A stretch of 64,000 nt of DNA from Amphiscolops sp. MND2022 (taxonomy: Eukaryota). The first letter of the stretch is position 1. Each line of letters opens with the position of its first letter. The stretch spans positions 87,608,001-87,672,000 of the forward strand of contig OZ076409.1 of assembly GCA_964187785.1 (NCBI GenBank). Direction: 5' to 3'. A program made the translations under genes and the position numbers. Below the pieces are notes generated by a model that was given only the letters and a program-made list of their open reading frames with translations, ran no database searches and was not told where the DNA came from. Shown here one piece after another: positions 52,401-63,125 of this stretch.

Positions 52401-52868
52401 ACCAAAGCAAGTGCTGAAACATTGTTATTTTCGCACTCAACTTGTCCAAACTGCTTTGTTGTTATGAAGGACGAAAAAGAATTGAGGAAGTCGACGGATA
52501 CTCTCAAAGAATCAACGAACGATAAAGAGTTGATGGACGTGCCAAAGAAGTCTGTATCGGAAAATGCGGCAACTCCAACAGGACTTCTATGTCGCAAATT
52601 TGCTGGAGGAGATTGGAAATTCATTCACTTTTCGTTTGTTTTTGATTCGTTAGAATCAGATCGCATCCTGGATCCGAAAAAGTACGAAATGTTACCCGGA
52701 CCAAACGTCAAGAAATTGCAAGTTGAAGATGTTCGCCCTTTGTTAGCGAGGCAGTGCAGTGAACAAGGTCAAAAAGTTTCTGCTATCTCAGCCCTGAAGA
52801 GCCACAGAAACAAAAGAAAGATCGAAGAGGAAAAAGCAGCGGATACTGAGGAAACAGTATCAACATGA
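49481..52868 (+). CDS. RAG1/Transib-like DDE transposase (~1073 aa) with a C-terminal BRCT-like domain; one in-frame TGA at 50885
   Basis: Exons 49481-50964 and 51131-52868 are joined in frame by a GT-AG phase-2 intron (SGDNPFLLR|LILGI). Motifs occur in RAG1 order: IWGDG (D), YSGDNP (D), PDVTHM (compare DALH), LTPY..K....PQLIE..G......EGLEKSN (compare ITNYFHK...VPEIIE.DG.....SEGNESGN). BRCT-like segment FLGLYFFVVGNF...AITEMGG...IHFSFVFDS at ~52302-52660. Confidence 0.78.
49858..50066 (+). repeat. 30-bp coding tandem repeat (SVPNNVxINx, ~7 copies) in the transposase N-terminus
   Basis: TCTGTACCAAACAACGTCCCCATCAATGGT units, in frame. Confidence 0.95.
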
Positions 52869-53074
52869 ACCTAATTTCGTATGTTTCTTTTTGTTAGTTG
52901 TGTATATGTTCGTTTTCACAACATTTTTGTATATTTTGTTCTGTTCAATTGAGTTGTTCACGTACAAACTTATGTCGTTCTTCTTGAAAAGTTGTTGAGG
53001 GCAAAATCATGGTTTTTCTGAGTATTTGATATGGGAGAGGTCGGTTTTTGCTAGTCGGAAACAATTGGAGCATT

Positions 53075-53460
53075 AAACAGTGAATTCCGCTGTTAGCGAG
53101 TGTTGCGCTTCACAATTATTGTCTTCCAAAATCGCAGTGCGGAATTTAGGGACCTATGTTAATACATGTACAGCGGAATCCGCAGGCGAATGTTAATACA
53201 TTGCGATTTCGGTTTCCTGTACCATACCTCAAGAAAATATCCAAATAGGCTTAGTAGCATAAAACAGTGGATTCCGTGGTTAGCGAAATTGTTGCGCCTC
53301 ATAACAGCGGAACCCGCTGTTTTGTATTACAGATTGATGCCTTCCAAAAACGCTGTGCGGAATTTAAGGAGAGATAGTAATACATGCACAGCGGAATCCG
53401 CAGAAGAATGCTACAACATTGCGATTTCGATTTCCTGTACCATACCTTAGGAAAATATCC
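53075..53460 (+). repeat. Two ~220-bp units of the GCGGAWTCCGC repeat
   Basis: Near-exact reverse complement of 57460-57830; another copy lies at 58930-59095. Confidence 0.9.
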
Positions 53461-53606
53461 AAATCTACGTAGCAGTTTGAAATCTGCCTAAAAGCTGAGA
53501 AATTCATAAAAGTATACTAATATCATCAATTCTCTATCTAATGTATGTTCAATAAAAATCAGTAAAATTAAAAATTTGAAAAATTATTGAAAAGTTCTCA
53601 TCAGGA

Positions 53607-56600
53607 TCATCTTTGATGGGAAGTCCCGGGGGACCCCGAAGGCACTGGGATGTCACAGGAAAGCCAGCTAGACATCTGTTCGAATGTAACTCCAAACTAG
53701 AAACAAAATTCCTCCATAATGAATAGAAACACATATTTTGTTTCACCGACAAGCAACAGGCAAAAAACAAAAAACTTCTAGTCAGGCAAAGTCAAAAAGT
53801 ATTATGAAAGTTTGCATGAAAATTGCATACTTTCTGGCAAACGGTGTCAATGGAAATTTCGACAGTATGACATTTCGTCTTCTGCACAATTAATGCAGAT
53901 GTAACTCCATACTAGAAACAAAATTCCTCCGTAATAAATAGAAACAAATATTTTGTTTCACCGACAAGCAAAAGGCAAAAAAAAACAAAAACAAAATGCA
54001 AAAAACTTCTAGCTAGACAAAGTCAAAAAGTATTATGAAAGTTTGCATGAAAATTACATACTTTCTGGCAAACTGTGGCAATGGAATTTTCAACAGTGTG
54101 GCAATTCGTCTTCTGCACTATCATAGCAGCGTTGAACAGCTGTTGCTTTTCAAGCTTGCCCACGCATGCAGACGAACTAAAATACAACAACCTCTGTGTT
54201 TAGGAATATGATTGTTTCATAATTATTTCAAACAGACTATATACAAAACTACATGTATCATGAAAAGTGATTTTATAACTAAAAAAAATAATAATGTACC
54301 TCATCAAACTCGCAATGTGCGTGAACAAAAGTCGGGGAAAGTGGGGATAACATTGATCGTAGGGGTCATGCCGGTACCGCTCTTCAGAAAACTCTTCTGC
54401 AGCTTTCTTCACGTGCAGGCGGTGAATGAAGTTGACTCCCAGAGCAACTGACATGCCGAAAGTCTCCACCGCGTGGATCATCTTCGCAGGAAGAATCAGC
54501 GCCTGTCCCTCGAAGAGAGTGACTTTTGCGCAGCCGCCCATGTCAAGCTCTTCATGGGTGCCAAAAAAGAGGTCTCTTCTAAACAATCAATAACAGTAAT
54601 AAATTTGTCCCGGTTATCAGTCTTACATGCATAACAGAGAGAAAAGCACTGTGTAGTGTAAGTATAAACAATTTTACTTGCCTGGGGAGATTCTTGAACG
54701 CCTTGAACAAGTCAACGTTTCTGGCAGTGGGCCTCACAACATGAAAAACTTTAACTCCTGTAACAATAGTCCGTCAACCACCAAACACTTGACTTATTTA
54801 AAAAAAACACGATTTTCATTTTACTTGTACTAAAACCTGTTACCAACCTTTGGCCAGATAATACAAGACACTTGTGGATGAAAAATCCTGGTGGAACCTC
54901 GTGATTGTGCCATTTTGTGAAATCAGCAAATAATTCGATTCACGCACTGGACGCAATTCTTCAGGTGTCTGTTCCCAGTTCATGTGCCCAAGGGAAACCT
55001 CGTCTAGAAAGCAAGGCTTCTTGAAAGAGGCTCCTGGGCACTTGTTTGCCTCGGCATCGATGACGTTGAAGAATTTGGGGGGGTCACTCTCCATCATCTC
55101 GGTAACTCTGTTACCTGGCACAACTTTCTTCCCTTCCTAAATAATAAATATCAGGTCAGGTACATGTATTCTCAAATTTATAACAGAGAACAAAATTGTT
55201 GTTTGTATCTCTTTTAGCAGTTCCATTGACTCTCCTAACCTCGAACTTCGTCGTCAAATAACGAAGTGTTACGGGGTTGCCAGTGTAATTCTGCATCATT
55301 TGTTGAACAGACGACATTCGGCACATCTTCTCTCTGGTTAGCTTCGTGTTGAAGCCGGGGATGGCCAAACCGTCACGGATGACGAAGACATATTCCCCGT
55401 CCAAAAAAGCAGGGTCTGACAGCAGTTCTGGTGTGACTTCTCCTGCTGTAATGTCACGCCGCATCGAGGTAGCATTTGGAATCTAAATTTACTCCATGTT
55501 ACATTACACAGAAGTCAAAACCTTATTCGTCAATCCAGAGATTTATATCTAGAGAAAAGACCTAATTCTTAAAACCAGAGATTAAGTCTAAAGAAGATAT
55601 CTTATTCGTGAATCCAGAGACTCAAAACCGATTAGATCTAGAGTCCGGAGAAGAGATTGCATTCTAAGATCCTGAGAAGAGATCTCATTCTTAAATCCAG
55701 AGAAGTTCTTACTTGACTCATAAGGTCACGTAGTTCCCAGATGCTAGCGAACGATTTCATGAGGTTCGTGTTCGTCATGTTCATCCTTCGCATGGTAAGC
55801 GTACATCTGGCCAGGTTTGGAAGTGTCGCTGGCATTCGTGATACACTCTTGTGCAAACGTCGTCGTTTCTGTTGCCACTTTTCCTAAAGCATTATCGGTT
55901 TTAGAAGTTTAAATCCCTCCAAACCATTATGCTTTTGAAACTAGAAATCCATAAAAATTACACATCCCGAAAAATATTACATGAAACATGAAACAGTCAT
56001 TCAAAAAAATGCATATACATTTGGGCTCTTCAACTTGAATGTGGTTGACTTCTGCAATCTTGAAGGCTTCCAAAGCTACCATGGAAGCGATTGCCTCTTC
56101 TTCTCGCTTGTCCTCCAGAAGAACAACAGACTCTTCCACAATAACTTCTTCTGCCTCTGTTGCAAAATGGAGGGTGGAAGAGGAGGAAACAGGCTCAGGC
56201 TCCACAGGACTGCTGATTTCCGGAACCTGTTCAAAAATAAATCATTTGAACTCAAAAATGTGAATCATTCAAAATCAAACAGAACCTATGACTTAATTCT
56301 TATTCATGCCCATAAGCTACGTTTTTATTAAATTTATTTGTTTGATTGAATTACCTCCCACCAGGGTGATGAAGTCGATGTCGCACTGGTTTCTCGGACT
56401 TGGACTTCTCGTTTAACCAACTTAGATGGTGGCGGTTGATTAAAGAACTTCCTCGTCCTCCCTTCTGCCGAGAAGGCCTTCTTGCAGCCCGGGTAGGTGT
56501 CTCTTACGAGAACAAAGTTTTCCAGTGTGGGCTCCAGTAATTTGGCCCGATCTTCCGCTGTTAGTTCATTTCGAGCATTCCAGCATCGGAGTGTCAGCAC

Positions 56601-56783
56601 ATGATCAGCAGTCTGCTGCACGTCCTTGAAGAAGGAGCCATCTGTAGGAGAGCCACAAAACATGCACTTCATTCTTGTGCTGCGCGTCTGCTCTCTCTTA
56701 CCGCAACTCTGATTCATGTGCCGGGTTAGATTACCCTTATTTGAGAGGGTCAGTTGGCACGTGGGGCATTGAAATTGGGGCAT
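53607..56783 (-). CDS. Multi-exon C2H2 zinc finger plus JmjC histone demethylase-like gene (KDM2/KDM7-like)
   Basis: C2H2-type finger CPTC..TLSNKGNLTRHMNQSC. JmjC motifs YLLISQNGTITRFHQDFSSTSVLYYLAKG-VKVFHVVRPT..N and LILPAKMIHAVET....ALGVNFIH, with the HxD...H triad intact. Exons 56783-56355, 56226-~56019, ~55883-55712, 55482-55240, 55136-54848, 54757-54682, 54578-54300, 54176-54062 and ~53675-53607. The exon 2/3 junction is unresolved. Confidence 0.8.
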
Positions 56784-57459
56784 ATTTCCAGAGAGAACCT
56801 TCAAACAAAAAATTTTTAGGCCAAATACAATTTCCTACAATCAAGGTCATAATTGCAGAGGTTGGAAAATAAATACTTCAATAGCATTTGATCTTAGTTT
56901 TCAAGAGATTACAGATACTTTTCCTAAATCCAGAGGTAAGCATCAGTCTTACATGCCGCGCGTGCTGTTACTTTTCCTACTTTCAGAGATATGCATCAGT
57001 CATACATGCAATCATGACACAATGCACAAGTTAGTAGGCAGATGTTGCAATCGCAAATGTCCAACGGAAACTGTTACTGAAGCAACTTTACGTGATATTT
57101 ACTTTATTCGATTTGATCTCACTGCACCAACTGCGCCTGAGCATACTGTATTCTCGTTAGATGAAAGTTTCAAACTCTAAATGACATTTCTCTGGGTTTC
57201 GGAATGAGCGACTGCTCCCAAGTACCCTGCGACGACTCCCCAGCCACCTTGGAGGAACGGATCACAAAAGCTTCAGTAGACGAGTTTAGGCACTTTTATA
57301 GGCGCTTATAAGACAACTACAGACATATAGACACTGATAGAATCTTAAGAGATTCTACTTGACTTCTAGTTAATAAGGATTTCAACCTGGGAAATTTGAG
57401 ATTACTGGTCCCAAAATGCATTTTCAAGAGAGGGTTCAAAAAAAAATAAAATTCCCAAA

Positions 57460-57830
57460 CACAGTTTCATGCTACTGAGCAGATTTGGATATTTTCTTGA
57501 GGTCTGGTACATGAAATGGAAATCGCAATGTATTAACATTTGCCTGCGGATTCCGCTGTACATGTATTAACATAGGTCCCTAAATTCCGCACTGCGATTT
57601 TGGAAGGCATCAATCTGGAATACAAAACAGCGGGTTCCGCTGTTCTGAGGCGCATCCCTCTCGCTAACCACGGAATCCACTGTTTTATGCTACTAAGCAT
57701 TTTTGAAAATTTTCTTCAGGTATTGTACAGGAAACTTAAATGGCAATGTATTAACATTTGTCTGAGGATTCCGCTGTACATGTAATAAAATTTGTCCTTA
57801 AATTCCGCACTGTTTCTTTGGGAGGCAATA
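57460..57830 (-). repeat. Inverted copies of the ~220-bp GCGGAWTCCGC repeat
   Basis: 57519-57606 is the near-exact reverse complement of ~53123-53210. Confidence 0.9.
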
Positions 57831-58102
57831 ATATGGAGTATAAAACATTTTGTTGTTATGAGGAAAAAATCGTTTGGTGCTCAATGTTGTTCTAGATTGT
57901 GTAACATAGATTGTATTTCATTGTTATAGATAGGGTTTTATTCATATGAGTGTCATTCGGCCAATCAAAGATACATGTGTTTCACGCATTCATCTTTCAA
58001 GTCCTGATGAAAACTAGTCGGGCATTCTTTCGGGCCAAAGAACGAACAATGAGAAAAAGTGCTGATGACTCAAGTCAAATGATATATGAGGTGTGGTTTT
58101 AA

Positions 58103-58252
58103 CACTTCCAAATGATTAAGAACCGCATCAGGCGCTGCCAAAAATTATAATAGAAATAATTATAAAATTATAATCATTATAATTATATAATTACAGTTAT
58201 TTTCATTGGCAGCGTCTGATGAGGCTTTTTTTAATTTGTCAAAGTGGAAGTG
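58103..58252. mobile_element. 150-bp hairpin MITE flanked by TTAA
   Basis: TTAA-CACTTCCA...CATCAGGCGCTGCCA / TGGCAGCGTCTGATG...TGGAAGTG-TTAA. Confidence 0.6.
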
Positions 58253-58405
58253 TTAAATTACTATGGTAGCAATCAGCAGTTAAGTAATTAGCAGTTTCAG
58301 TAGTATTATAATACTATTCATAATACTATTCATAATATAATTTTGATCTACTAGGAATCAGTCAATTTGAATTGTACATCGTTCTATTTCTCGAAAAAAC
58401 CTACA

Positions 58406-61050
58406 ATGTCTCTGCAAACGCATCAAATTCAGTCACAACCATTAGAAGATCTTAGAAATTTGACAGAACTTCAATCGCCTCAACTAGTTACCTCAACGCC
58501 AGTGCAACCCGAGACGTTTACACTTACACTACCTCCTCCTCCAGTTCCATCATTAACCCCTCTCTCACGATCGCATGAATATTTGACTACCCCTACCGGA
58601 AAGAGTCCGGCTGCAGTTCGACAATATTCACAACCGTCATATTTTGATTGGAATCAATCGCAATGGCTCAACATGGATGGAATTTCGCACGAACTTCCTC
58701 CGAACATAATTGGTGAAATTCTTCCACCACCTGAACACTCGCCGGACCTTTTTCTTCCTCCGCTTGAAGCTTCGTCGACTGAGCAACTTGAAGAAAGCCG
58801 GAAAAGAGCAACTAGCTCTGCAACAATTGATATTCCGGAGGTCAGTTTTTGAATTTCAATTGAAAATTTCAAACTGAAGCGGGAGATTTTCACCTTCTAG
58901 AACCACATAGAGCACGAAAACAAATTTGTTCATCATAACAGCGGAATCCGCTGTCTTATGTTTCATATCATTGACTTCCAAAAGAGCGTTGCGGAATTTA
59001 GGGGCAACTGTTAACACATGTGCAGCGGAATCCGCAGACAAATGCTAATACATTGTGATTTCAGTTTTCGGTACCATACCTCAAGAAAATTTCCAGCTGC
59101 CGCCTTGGCTGAGCGGTGACGGATTTCCATTTTCTTTCAGCTTTACTTTCAAGAAAAAAACTCTCAAGAAAAACTTCATATTTCCTAGATTTTAAAATTC
59201 ATTTTGTGTTTGAATTTGAAAACCAATTTGCATATGAATTTGTGATTGAACTTGTTGAGTATTATTTGACTTTCATTCTAATTTTTGAAGTTGTTTTTGA
59301 AATTTGTATTCAATATATTTAGAAAATATCGAAGACTTCTATCAGGGTTACTTGTGGCAAGACGACTGAAGAAGAACTTGAGATAGCCATCAGGGACATT
59401 GTAGAGCAGTACAAGAAAACGGAAGCTCTGACACAAAAGCAAAGAACAATGCTCTTTCGTGCTTTGGCGTGTTTCCTCTCAAAGCATGCATCACCACCAA
59501 TGATGGACAAAGGTATCATAGAGCTGACAGTGCATGCTGTTACACAGGCCATCGTTTCCTTACAAGAGGACACAGACGATGAAACAGCAGTTGCAGCAGG
59601 AATCACAATCTATGTTGAGCCTGCTGAATTTTCTCCGATAAGATCGTCGCACACTGTTCCTCGATGGCTAGTGGACGGTTTGAAAACATACTACCTGGAG
59701 GCAAGACCGCACTTCCTGCCAAAAGAAGGTCTTGATGTTTTCACCAGGGTTTTCGCAGATGACGAAAGAACAGTGAGAACTTACCGCTTTTTCGTCAATT
59801 CCAATGGCTCAACCCATTTCAAAGTGCGCCAACTATGCGACCAATTCAAAGACACGGTAAAAACTTAAACTTCAATCTAGAAACACCTAAATTGCTTCAA
59901 ATGTTTCCAGGGTTTACCTAAGTTTGCGTATTTTAGCTTCAGCAGCACATCGATAACCCTCATGAGACCACCCTAGAAAGACATGTTGCGAGTTTTCTGC
60001 CGTTTCGAAGCGATCCAGGTTTCACCATTGGCAAACAGAAGCAAGTAATCAATCAGGTTTTGTTCTTTTTCGTTTGGTAATAAAATATTGACTTTCTAAG
60101 CTTTCGCTTTCAACAAAGGAATGGAAATTCTTTTTTAGGTGAAAAGTCAGACAGAAAAGTATTCCCACAAAGAGGTTTCCAAGGCAGTGAAACACAGACT
60201 TGACCAATTACGGTACCATCGGCAAACAATTAGAGCGCAACATTGGATCAAGAACAATGGTTGGTTACTGCCAAACTGCAGTGATATGGAGCAGCGCCTG
60301 AACACCTTTTATGCGAGGATGGGCTGGGACAAATGCGACATCAAGAAAACGATGACTATAGCTTTGAAACAGGTTAGGTTGGGTTACGTCGCGTTCGAGT
60401 TTTTTAGATTGCAGTGTATTAGATTACGGTAAAATTTCCCAATGGCACAAATCGAAAATCGAATGGGTCAAAAAAATCAATTGTTTTGGTGCCATAGGGT
60501 AAGCAACTAAAGAAGTGTTTTGCCTGTCTGGAGCTGCCCAATGCTAAATGATCGATGGTTATTAGAAAAAATCATTGCGTTTGGATGCTTTGTGTTTTGT
60601 ATAGATGAAGAGCACATCATCACGGACCAGTATAAGCAGGCCTCAGTTAAATCCAATCATCTGCAAAGGAGACAGGTTGTCATACGAAAACCAGATGAGT
60701 TTAAAAGACCGAATTGACAACCAAAAGTGGGAATGGATTTGCGATGCCCATTTCACTAAATTCGGTCGAGGCATTGTCAGTCTAGGAAAACTGGAGAAAG
60801 ACACAATAATTGTAGACTACCACGGGAAAGTCATTACCGGCCAGAAGTTCGATGAGTACGTGCAGCAACCCGACGTTACGAGCGAGTTTGTCATGGAAGT
60901 AGCAGGTCCACCAAAGCGACTTATAGATGCCAGTTCCGAGATTTGTGTGGATCATCCAACAAATTTATGTAATAATAATAATGTTTTATCTTTAGAGTTG
61001 TAAGATTAAAAATTTCTACAATTTCTTTATGTCGTTTAGGTATATATATA
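58406..61050 (+). CDS. Multi-exon SET-domain lysine methyltransferase-like gene, 3' end disrupted
   Basis: Exons 58406-58840, 59323-59856, 59937-60056, 60139-60372 and 60605-~60967, joined by GT-AG phase-0 introns. SET N-half: FGRGIVSLGKLEKDTIIVDYHGKVI...FVMEV...IDAS. The next exon (61040) is cut off at TATATA-CCCTAG, before the RxxNH motif. Confidence 0.75.
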
Positions 61051-61720
61051 CCCTAGTCGAGCCTGAATGAACTTTTTGCATGTTGCATTTGAAAAATGAT
61101 CAATTTTCAGAGGAAAACTTTTAGAAAAAGACACCGCAGCCTATGAATTGTTGAGCAAAAGTTCACTTGAAAACGATGACTTCGCTCGAAATCCTCTTCT
61201 GATAGAAAACAAAAAAAATACAAAAATACACTAAATTTGATAAGTGAAATTCAAAACAACAAATTATAAAAAATGAATAATAAAAGGACATCAAACTCGT
61301 AAAGAATCTGCAATAGTTGCAAGCAAGCTTCCACGACAGAAACGATTCCAGCGATATTGAGGCCGGCGTGAAAAGATCGTCATTGAACAATTGTTGGGAT
61401 CTACGTTCACTTTCTAAGCATTCTGAGTGTTTTTCGTTCCGAACGAGTCTCTGATTTTCTGCGAACCTTCAAATCCTTCTTTCCTTTGATATGACAGCCA
61501 CGAATGCTGCCGCTTACAACCATGCGGCTTCTACATTGAATGGTTGTAAGTCCGATTTTATATAATTATATGATTCATCTTTTGAAAGCTAAATGACAGC
61601 AAGAGGACAAAAGCATGATCGTTCTGGGCTAATTTGTTGCTCAGCTATGGGGCTATGTATGAAAGTTATCACATCTGTTCCTTTATTGGTTTGAATGCTC
61701 CAAGCTATTGTCGTTCGTTG

Positions 61721-61780
61721 AAAATCTTCACCATCGAAGAAAGATTCAATTTCAACTCGGGCTTGATGCTGCGACGACAA
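61721..61780 (-). pseudogene. HSPA5: 60-bp fragment of ER Hsp70 (BiP/GRP78)
   Basis: LSSQHQARVEIESFFDGEDF is nearly identical to the BiP nucleotide-binding-domain peptide (LSSQHQARIEIESF.EGEDF). The similarity stops abruptly on both sides. Confidence 0.75.
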
Positions 61781-61958
61781 CGGGGACCAGGAACAGTATC
61801 TAAGGAATAATATCTAAAACATTGTCGAGATTAATATCTAAAGGAATAGTATCTAAAATGCATACAAGAACCCCCACTTTGCCCGCAAAAACTAACAAAA
61901 CTTTTGCGGGTTTTCGTCCTCTACAACTTTGATGCTGCTTATAAAACCCGCCAAACTG

Positions 61959-62158
61959 NNNNNNNNNNNNNNNNNNNNNNNNNNNNNNNNNNNNNNNNNN
62001 NNNNNNNNNNNNNNNNNNNNNNNNNNNNNNNNNNNNNNNNNNNNNNNNNNNNNNNNNNNNNNNNNNNNNNNNNNNNNNNNNNNNNNNNNNNNNNNNNNNN
62101 NNNNNNNNNNNNNNNNNNNNNNNNNNNNNNNNNNNNNNNNNNNNNNNNNNNNNNNNNN
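61959..62158. other. Assembly gap (200 N)
   Basis: Run of N. Confidence 1.
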
Positions 62159-63125
62159 TATTGCTGTATTTGTTAATTGGCCGGTTAAGGCCACCTGACG
62201 AAATTCCACTCTCATCGATCACTGTTTTGGTCAAACGGCCGGTTCCGGCCGTGAAGCAATAATGAAAAGGAACTAACTTATTACATCTGTACTTCATTAG
62301 TAATAATACAATTGTTCTTTCATGTTGTTTAAATGTTCATTGTTGATAATATGAAGCTTTGTTTGGTATTTGGCCGAGTAAGGCCCATTGAACTAATATA
62401 TATTGTTTCAACTGGTACTCTGGTCAAATGGCCGATTGTGGCCATTTCATGCATATTAGTGTTTTGTTGTTCAGTTAACCAGATATTAGCCCGGAACTAG
62501 CATAAGTTCATCTCCGAAGCAAATGAAGGTGCTTATGGTATTATATTATCTACGTGATCCAAGCATATGTAAAATAGACAAATAAGGCCGTTTTCCTTCA
62601 CTTCCCTATTGTGCTGTCTGTACTTACGGATTTAAGCCTATTCCGGTTTCAACATGAAATGTATTTTCATGAATAGTAGATTGATACCACAGCCCTTATG
62701 TGCGGTTATACATTCCATTCTCAGTGTATTATATAATAAATCTTGTGTCGGCACGTGCCTCCACCTCACTTTGCGTGAGGTATGTAAACAAAGGTATTTG
62801 TTGACACTTTGATATGCATGCCTTAATCGGCAGTTCGTTTGAAGCTACTATTTTGACTACATGACCCATAAATGCCATTCCTTAGATGTCCCCGAAGATA
62901 TGTGAATATCAGGGTTTTCATCATGGAGCTAATGATCATATGATACTACTAACCTAACTAGTTATGTAAGGAATGTGATTGTCATTCCCTAAAAGGTATA
63001 AATAGTGTTATCCCGTTGGGGAAATCATTAATTCCTTTCATTTTGCTCTAGTTAAGTTTAATCTACAAACGGCACCGCTGTTATTTCCGTATTGATCAAT
63101 ATATTGTTAATTCGGAACCGTTTCT

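Larger units (their letters stand above)
45424..61050. mobile_element. Putative giant Transib/RAG1-like DNA transposon with chromatin-modifier cargo (right end not seen)
   Basis: A transposase gene and three cargo genes share the GCGGAWTCCGC repeat. The left end starts with CACGGTG followed by clustered subterminal repeats. Boundaries are inferred. Confidence 0.6.

Noticed and set aside
53607..56783. RAG2-like gene convergent with the RAG1-like transposase
   Set aside because: The convergent gene shows JmjC and C2H2 motifs, with no kelch repeats or PHD finger.
45424..61050. Endogenous virus or Maverick/Polinton interpretation of the gene cluster
   Set aside because: No capsid, packaging ATPase, pPolB or retroviral-type integrase motifs were seen; the genes are intron-rich and include a DDE transposase.
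61800..62297. ORFs spanning the N run
   Set aside because: Artefacts of the assembly gap.
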